Below are positions 58,411-64,000 of a stretch of DNA of 64,000 nt, piece by piece. Within the stretch, counting starts at the first letter, position 1. Each line of letters begins with the position of its first letter. Source of the DNA: Chloroflexota bacterium (GTDB taxonomy: Bacteria; Chloroflexota; UBA11872; VXOZ01); the NCBI GenBank assembly GCA_963663275.1, contig OY760183.1:3264001-3328000 (forward strand), in the 5' to 3' direction. The position numbers were made by a program, and so were the translations under genes. The notes beneath the pieces were generated by a model, which saw only the letters and a program-made list of their open reading frames with translations, was not told the origin of the DNA and did not search any database.

Positions 58411-58767
58411 ATGACCCAACAACTCGATTCCGATATTCCTTTTGGCACGGTGGACAGCACGGAAGCGAAGCAGATGATCGACAGCGGCGAGTACCAGGTA
58501 ATCGACGTGCGCACACCCATCCAGTTCGCCCAGGCGCGCATTCCCAACTCCACCCTGGCGCCCTTGCCCGAACTCCTGCAGAAACCGTGGGAGTTCCTGG
58601 CCGACGACAAGATCATCTTCGTCTGCGACGTCGGCCAGAGCAGCCAGGTGGCCTGCGAAATCGCCGCCGCCATGGGCCTGGAAGACCTCTACAACCTGGG
58701 CCCCGGCATCGTCGGCTGGCAGCAAGACGGCTATCCGCTGGAACAAGGCCCGCCGCAAGAAGGCTAG
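58411..58767 (+). CDS. Single-domain rhodanese
   Basis: VIDVR, RIPNS, CDVGQSS loop, GIVGW; GGAGG RBS. Confidence 0.8.
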   Translation: MTQQLDSDIPFGTVDSTEAKQMIDSGEYQVIDVRTPIQFAQARIPNSTLAPLPELLQKPWEFLADDKIIFVCDVGQSSQVACEIAAAMGLEDLYNLGPGIVGWQQDGYPLEQGPPQEG

Positions 58768-59035
58768 CTCCGGACCGTTTGCGCGGGAGCGGCGTGTGGG
58801 CGGCCGCCGCCGCGAAGCAGCGGCAAACGGCGCCAAGCAGCCTTCCTCGCTCCGCGCGGCATGAATTGGAATACTTGCGTTTAACGTGATCGAGCGCACG
58901 TACAACCCGGTGGAGACAAAAGCAGGTCGCACGGCGCACGCGCATTCGCAAGCCAAACGCAGGAAGCGCCTTGTAGGGCGACCACCAAGGGCGTTCAGTT
59001 TCGATTGCGCCTGATGCAGGCGCGGGAGAGCGGCC

Positions 59036-59602
59036 ATGGCCAGCACGCAGCCGAGAACTATGCTCACCTATGCCGATTACATGCAGACGTCGGACGACCG
59101 GCGCTATGAGCTTCTCGAGGGAGTATTGGTCGAAATGCCGGCGCCGAACACGGCGCACCAGCGGGTCTCTCGCGAAGTAGGACGGTCGCTCGATACCTTT
59201 GTCAGAGATAGAGGTCTGGGCGAGGTGTTCTTTGCCCCTTACGACGTCGTGCTCTCCGACACGGTCGTGGTGCAGCCCGATCTGCTGTTCGTCTCTAACG
59301 AGCGGGCGCACGTCATCACCGCCGCCAACATCCAGGGGACGCCGGACCTGGTCGTTGAAGTCCTCTCCGATTCCACTGCCAGAAACGACTGGACGCTCAA
59401 ACGAGACCTGTACGCGCGGCACGGCGTCAGCGAGTATTGGCTGGTGGACCCGGTGGCGTGGACGGTAACCGTCCTGCTCTTGCGGGACGAGCGCTTCAGG
59501 GTGGTAGAGGTCTATAGCGAAGGGCAGACGCTGGCGTCGCCAACGCTGGCGGGCCTCAGCCTCAACCTGGCTGAGATTTTCCAAAGCGTCAGCCCCATTT
59601 GA
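59036..59602 (+). CDS. Uma2 family endonuclease (DUF820)
   Basis: RYELLEG, HQR, VQPDL, PDLVVEVLS, K...Y...GVSEYWLVDP. Confidence 0.9.
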   Translation: MASTQPRTMLTYADYMQTSDDRRYELLEGVLVEMPAPNTAHQRVSREVGRSLDTFVRDRGLGEVFFAPYDVVLSDTVVVQPDLLFVSNERAHVITAANIQGTPDLVVEVLSDSTARNDWTLKRDLYARHGVSEYWLVDPVAWTVTVLLLRDERFRVVEVYSEGQTLASPTLAGLSLNLAEIFQSVSPI

Positions 59603-59793
59603 GTGCCTGGTGGCCTCTAGCCGTCCTCCCGCAAAGTGCGCTCGGAGTTGCAGCGCGCTGGCGTAGCATTTCTCCCTATCGCGCGATAGTAGCCCTGCCC
59701 AGTACATGATTGAACAGGTTCCACCTTTCATCTTCCCAAGCGTTGGGGCAACGTTCGAGATTATGTATTATACCTATGAAGGGAGGCGTGCTC

Positions 59794-60033
59794 ATGGGCG
59801 CAAATTCGCGTATTGCCAAATGGGGAACCGGCTACGCCATTCGCATTCCTGAGGCCATTGCGCGGCAGTGGGGGGTTCAGGAAGGCTCCGCAATTGAGAT
59901 CATCCCGCGCGGCGATCACGTCATCCTGCGCAAGGAGTCCTATGACCTTGCCGAAACGCTGGCCGAGGTGACCGCCGACAATCTACACTCCGAACAGGAT
60001 ACCGGCCCGTCCCAAGGCAACGAAGCATGGTAG
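59794..60033 (+). CDS. mazE: AbrB/MazE-type antitoxin, orphan
   Basis: KWG...AIRIP...; YDL..L..VT..NLH.E.D.G...G.E.W tail; GGAGG RBS. Confidence 0.8.
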   Translation: MGANSRIAKWGTGYAIRIPEAIARQWGVQEGSAIEIIPRGDHVILRKESYDLAETLAEVTADNLHSEQDTGPSQGNEAW

Positions 60034-60098
60034 GGAGCGATTGTGTTCCTGCCAAAGGTCAACGCTCTCTTGCAGTGACGCACCCGGCCGGTTCATGA
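60027..60098 (+). pseudogene. MazF remnant (23 codons)
   Basis: MVGSDCVPAKG overlaps the mazE stop like MazF 'MV..YVP..G'; its TGA overlaps the flippase ATG. Confidence 0.5.
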
Positions 60099-61660
60099 TC
60101 CAGCAGATTTCCCCCGTAGTCTTCCTCGGCGGCGGCGCATTGCTGACGGCGCTGGCGCTCCTTGCGTTCTGGCGGCTGGCCGGGCGCACCGTCGTTGCCG
60201 AGACCGCCATCCACGCCGGGCCGGCGTTTCTGCGGCGCATTGCCCGCAACGCGCTCGTGCCGCTGCTGGCCGTGGTTGTGGCGCGCATCCTCTCGTGGGC
60301 GTTTGCCGCCTACTACCTGCGCGTGATCGGGCCGCAGGACTACGGCCTCTACGCCGTGGCCGTCAACGTGATCGGCTACTTCGGCCCGCTTACCGACTTC
60401 GGTCTGGGCGTGCTGCTCACGCGGGAGGTCAGCCGCCGCCCGGACGCCGCCGCGGCGTATCTGGCAATCGTGCAGCGCATCCGGCTGCTGCTTTCGCTGG
60501 CCGCCGTGCCGGTCGTGCTGCTGATCATGCTGGGCTACTGGTACGCCGGCCGCGTGCCGGTTGACGCCATCGTCACGGCGGGATTGCTGGCGCTGGCGCT
60601 CATCCCGGCCAACGCCGCCGGCACGGCCAGTTCCCTCTTTGCCGCCCGCGAGCGCATGGACTACACCGCGCTGGTGCAGATTGCCACGGCGCTCCTCACG
60701 GTCGGCCTGGGCATGGCGGCCATCGCGCTTGGCTGGGGCTACGTGGGCCTTGCCGCCACGGCGCTCATTGCCAATATCGTCACCGCTTTCGTGCTGCTGC
60801 GCGCACTGCCCGGCGAGACCGCAACCGGCGCGGCCTGGGACGCGCCCAAGGCGCGCGCGCTGATGCTGGCGTCGCTGCCGCTCATGCTCAACGCGCTGCT
60901 CAACGTGCTCTTCTTCCGCATCGACCTCCAGGTTCTCGCCGCGCTGCGCGACATCACCGAAGTCGGCGCTTACGGCGCGGCTTACAAGTACGTCGAAGCC
61001 TTTGCCTTGCTGCCGTCTACGCTGGTGCTGGCGCTCTTCCCGGCGCTTTCCCGCGTCGCCGAGACCGACCGCGCCGCGTTGCAAGGCATCCTGAACAAGG
61101 CCCTGCAATTCATGCTCGTGCTGGCCGTGGGCAGCGCCGTCTGCTTCAGCGTCTACGCAGCGCCCTTCATCTGGCTGCTGGGCGGCGATGCGTTCCTGCC
61201 CCACGCGGCCGCGGCGCTGGCGATTCTCATCTGGTTTCTGCCCTTCAGCTACGTCAACGCCGTCACCCAGTACGTCCTCATCGCCCTGGACCAACAGAAG
61301 TGGATTTTCATCGCCTTTGCGCTGGCTACGGCCTTCAATCTGACCACCAACCTCATCTTCATCCCGCGCTACGGCTACGCGGCGGCCGCGGCGACCACGG
61401 TGCTCTCCGAAATCGTGCTGCTCGCGCCGTTCGTGGTGGTGGCGCGCCGCCAGCGAATTACGCTGCCCATCTTTGGCGCGGCGTGGCGGCCGCTGCTGGC
61501 GGGGATGGGCATGTTCGGCGTTGCGTGGTTGGCGCGGGGCCTGCCCGCCTTGCCGAGCATGGCGCTGGCGGGTACCGTGTATCTCGCCTTGGTCGTCATC
61601 CTGGGCGCACTGCCCCGCGAAGACCTGGCCCGATTCTGGGCCGCCCTGCGCGGGGCATAG
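60095..61660 (+). CDS. Polysaccharide flippase (Wzx/MOP superfamily)
   Basis: DFGLG.LLTREV, RID, VGAYGAAY, LFPALSR, IPRYG..AAA; many TM segments. Confidence 0.85.
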   Translation: MIQQISPVVFLGGGALLTALALLAFWRLAGRTVVAETAIHAGPAFLRRIARNALVPLLAVVVARILSWAFAAYYLRVIGPQDYGLYAVAVNVIGYFGPLTDFGLGVLLTREVSRRPDAAAAYLAIVQRIRLLLSLAAVPVVLLIMLGYWYAGRVPVDAIVTAGLLALALIPANAAGTASSLFAARERMDYTALVQIATALLTVGLGMAAIALGWGYVGLAATALIANIVTAFVLLRALPGETATGAAWDAPKARALMLASLPLMLNALLNVLFFRIDLQVLAALRDITEVGAYGAAYKYVEAFALLPSTLVLALFPALSRVAETDRAALQGILNKALQFMLVLAVGSAVCFSVYAAPFIWLLGGDAFLPHAAAALAILIWFLPFSYVNAVTQYVLIALDQQKWIFIAFALATAFNLTTNLIFIPRYGYAAAAATTVLSEIVLLAPFVVVARRQRITLPIFGAAWRPLLAGMGMFGVAWLARGLPALPSMALAGTVYLALVVILGALPREDLARFWAALRGA

Positions 61661-61738
61661 CCGTAAGCTATGCGCTAGCATCGTATCCAGATTAGTGCGT
61701 CGATTACCCAGACTCCCATCTTGTCCCCTCTCCCCGAG

Positions 61739-61878
61739 GAGACCTTTGCATAACTCTGTCATTCCGGCGAAAGCCGGAATCCAGACCGCATTTACAACTA
61801 AAAATAGCTTGTTTTCAATCCTTTGCACCCCCATCCCAACCTTCCCCCTCAATGGGGAAGGGGTTATGCAAAGGTCTC
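61739..61878. mobile_element. MITE type 1 inserted in the loop of a family A palindrome
   Basis: Perfect 16-bp TIR GAGACCTTTGCATAAC/GTTATGCAAAGGTCTC; TSD CCGAG at 61734-61738 and 61879-61883. Confidence 0.88.
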
Positions 61879-61990
61879 CCGAGGGAGAGGGCTAGGGTGA
61901 GGGTTAAACTTCAGAGCAGCATCAAACTGGGAAAGCACGAGCAGGCCAACTTTGCGAGCGGGGCCAAAGAAGTGTGCCCAAGGAGCACTC

Positions 61991-62806
61991 ATGGAGCAGG
62001 ATGAACAGAGAGTCCTCGACCACCGCGCGGTCGGCGCGCTCTGGGACGCAAACGCCGAGGCCTGGACCACCCTCGCCCGCCTGGGCTACGACAAGTACCG
62101 CGACCACATCAACACGCCCGCTTTCATGGCGATGCTCCCCGACGTGACCGGACTGCGCGGCCTGGACATCGGCTGCGGCGAGGGCCACAATACGCGCCTG
62201 GTGGCGCAACGCGGCGCGGCGCTGACGGCGCTCGACATCGCCCGGCGCTTCGTGACCTACGCCCAGGAGATGGAAGCCCAGGAGCCGCGCGGCATCACCT
62301 ACCTGCACGCCAGCGCGGTTGATTTGCCTTTTGCCGACGCTCATTTCGACTTCGCCATGGCGACCATGAGCCTGATGGACGTGCCGGACCAAGACAGAGC
62401 AATCCATGAAGTAGCGCGGGTCTTGAAGCCGGGCGGATTCTTTCAATTCTCCATACTGCACCCCTGCTTCCTGACGCCGCGCTTCAAGTGGGTGCTGGAC
62501 GACTGCGGCCGGCGCGTGGCCATGGAGTGCGGCGATTACTTCGCGTCGGAGCAAGGCGCGATCGAGGAGTGGATCTTCGGCTCCGCGCCCGACGACCTGA
62601 AAGCGCGCTTTGCCAAGTTCCGCATACCCCGCTTCTTCCACACCCTCAGCGCGTGGCTCAACATGCTCACCGCCGCCGGCCTCACCCTCGAGGAGTCCGC
62701 CGAGCCCTACGCCAGCGACGAGTCCATCGCCATCTATCCGAGCCTCGCCGCCACGCGCGTTGTTCCCTGCTCCCTCCATCTCCGCTGCCGCAAGCCGTCC
62801 CCATAG
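61991..62806 (+). CDS. Class I SAM-dependent methyltransferase
   Basis: LDIGCGEG, LPFAD..FD, RVLKPGG, HPCF; AAGGAG RBS. Confidence 0.88.
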   Translation: MEQDEQRVLDHRAVGALWDANAEAWTTLARLGYDKYRDHINTPAFMAMLPDVTGLRGLDIGCGEGHNTRLVAQRGAALTALDIARRFVTYAQEMEAQEPRGITYLHASAVDLPFADAHFDFAMATMSLMDVPDQDRAIHEVARVLKPGGFFQFSILHPCFLTPRFKWVLDDCGRRVAMECGDYFASEQGAIEEWIFGSAPDDLKARFAKFRIPRFFHTLSAWLNMLTAAGLTLEESAEPYASDESIAIYPSLAATRVVPCSLHLRCRKPSP

Positions 62807-62976
62807 CGGATTTTCCGTACTTGCTTGCCGCGGCCGCCAATCGTTCAATCCGCGGTGTGCCTCTTGTCAAGGAAAAGCGCGTACCGCTGCTTGGCGCAAG
62901 CCAAGCAGCGGTACGCGCTCAGACCTTATGCCACTCTCCCCCGTCGCAGTCCCGTTGAACTAGCCGCCTTCTGCGT

Positions 62977-63996
62977 CTACTCGGGATAGAAACCGTTCGC
63001 CAGCGTTTCAATGGCGTCAACGGTGCGAATGCCCGCCTGCGTGGCCGTGAAGAGCACCTCCACGTAGTGCTTGTTCTGCACTGCCTTGATGGAGGAGAGC
63101 GCCTCAGTCTTTTCCAAGTACTCTCTCTTCTCCGCGGCCGTAGACCACCCTGGGGCGTCGAGCAACACGATGACGTCGGGGTCTCGCTCGACCACGGTCT
63201 CCCAGTTCACCGTCCCGAAGAGGCCTTCCACGTCAGCGAATATGTTGACGCCACCCGCCTCTTCGACCAACGCGTTCACAATGCCCGAACCAACCGCGGC
63301 GTACGGCGTATCCTCACCACTGTCATAGATGAAGACCGAAACTTTCGGATCGGCAGGCGCCGTCTTGGCGCGGATGTCCGTCAAGCGGGCCTGCAGCCCC
63401 TCGACGTACGCTTCGGCGCGCTCCGAAATTCCAAAGATCTGCCCAATCTTCAGGAAGTCCTCGAATACGTCCTCGATGACCACCTTGCCGTCTTTGCAGT
63501 TGGAGGCCGTCTGGTACGACGCTATGCCAAGCTCCATGAGCGCATCGCGCGGCCCGGCCACGTCTTCACGAGTCCAGGCGCTGACGAAGGCAGCGTAGAT
63601 GAAGTCGGGCTCGGCGCCCAGAATGACCTCATGCGAAGGATACTTCTCGGCAAGTACCGGAATCTGCTCGTATGCCGCCTGCTGCTCAGGGGGGACCGAG
63701 TCCCTGAGGAACGACGTGCCAACCATGCTGTCTTCCAGACCCAACGCCAGCATCAGTTCCGTCGATTGCTGAGACAGGCTAATGGCGCGCTGCGGCGGCT
63801 TGTCGTACGTAATGGTAAAGCCGCAGTTTTCGATGGTTACGGGCGTGTAGGCCGGCGCGGCTTCTGGCGCCGGCTCCGCCTCCGGTTGCGTTACGGCTAC
63901 CGTGCCGCAACCGGCCAGCAAAAGGCTCCCCGCGCCGGCCACACCGATGGCGAGAAGGCCGCGACGGGTTATACGCTGCGAATTGATCAACTCCAA
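62977..63996 (-). CDS. ABC substrate-binding lipoprotein, iron-siderophore/cobalamin family (start at window edge, uncertain)
   Basis: TRRGLL...LLAGC Tat lipobox; VTIENCG, PQRAISL, AGGVNIF, DPDVI. Confidence 0.8.
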   Translation of the reverse strand: MELINSQRITRRGLLAIGVAGAGSLLLAGCGTVAVTQPEAEPAPEAAPAYTPVTIENCGFTITYDKPPQRAISLSQQSTELMLALGLEDSMVGTSFLRDSVPPEQQAAYEQIPVLAEKYPSHEVILGAEPDFIYAAFVSAWTREDVAGPRDALMELGIASYQTASNCKDGKVVIEDVFEDFLKIGQIFGISERAEAYVEGLQARLTDIRAKTAPADPKVSVFIYDSGEDTPYAAVGSGIVNALVEEAGGVNIFADVEGLFGTVNWETVVERDPDVIVLLDAPGWSTAAEKREYLEKTEALSSIKAVQNKHYVEVLFTATQAGIRTVDAIETLANGFYPE

Positions 63997-64000
63997 ATCC

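Overview
GC-rich (visually about 65%) bacterial chromosomal segment. A transcriptional T-box, Tat-lipoprotein solute-binding proteins and the gene repertoire suggest a monoderm such as Chloroflexota (inference only). Core content: mmsA/iolA, groES plus a divergent groEL, coaX/coaBC, a Trp T-box-controlled trpEGDCF-(vapBC)-trpS-trpBA-pchB/CM operon, sugar-acid genes (Gfo/Idh/MocA, creatininase-like, HTH-fused SelA/DgaE-like enzyme, kdgK, eda) and sulfur genes (two rhodaneses, sulfatase, sulfonate/nitrate-type ABC transporter with an AsfA/AprA-like flavoprotein and ferredoxin). Small, often lower-GC conflict cassettes are interspersed: Fic, a DUF1828-like pair inside the coa operon, type IIG R-M followed by TIR-like and beta-flower genes, hicBA, vapBC, Uma2, and three antitoxins whose toxins survive only as scars. 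Intergenic DNA carries at least five palindromic repeat families, some packaged in nested MITEs with clear target-site duplications and some translated in frame inside genes. No transposase, CRISPR array, rRNA or tRNA was recognised. Best leads: the TIR/beta-flower module beside the R-M gene, the HTH-SelA fusion with a possible amino-sugar-acid pathway, a stand-alone structured sORF/sRNA at about 8.7 kb, the nested REP-carrying MITEs, and a 24-bp hexamer array. All family names come from motif recognition and recall; no searches were run.
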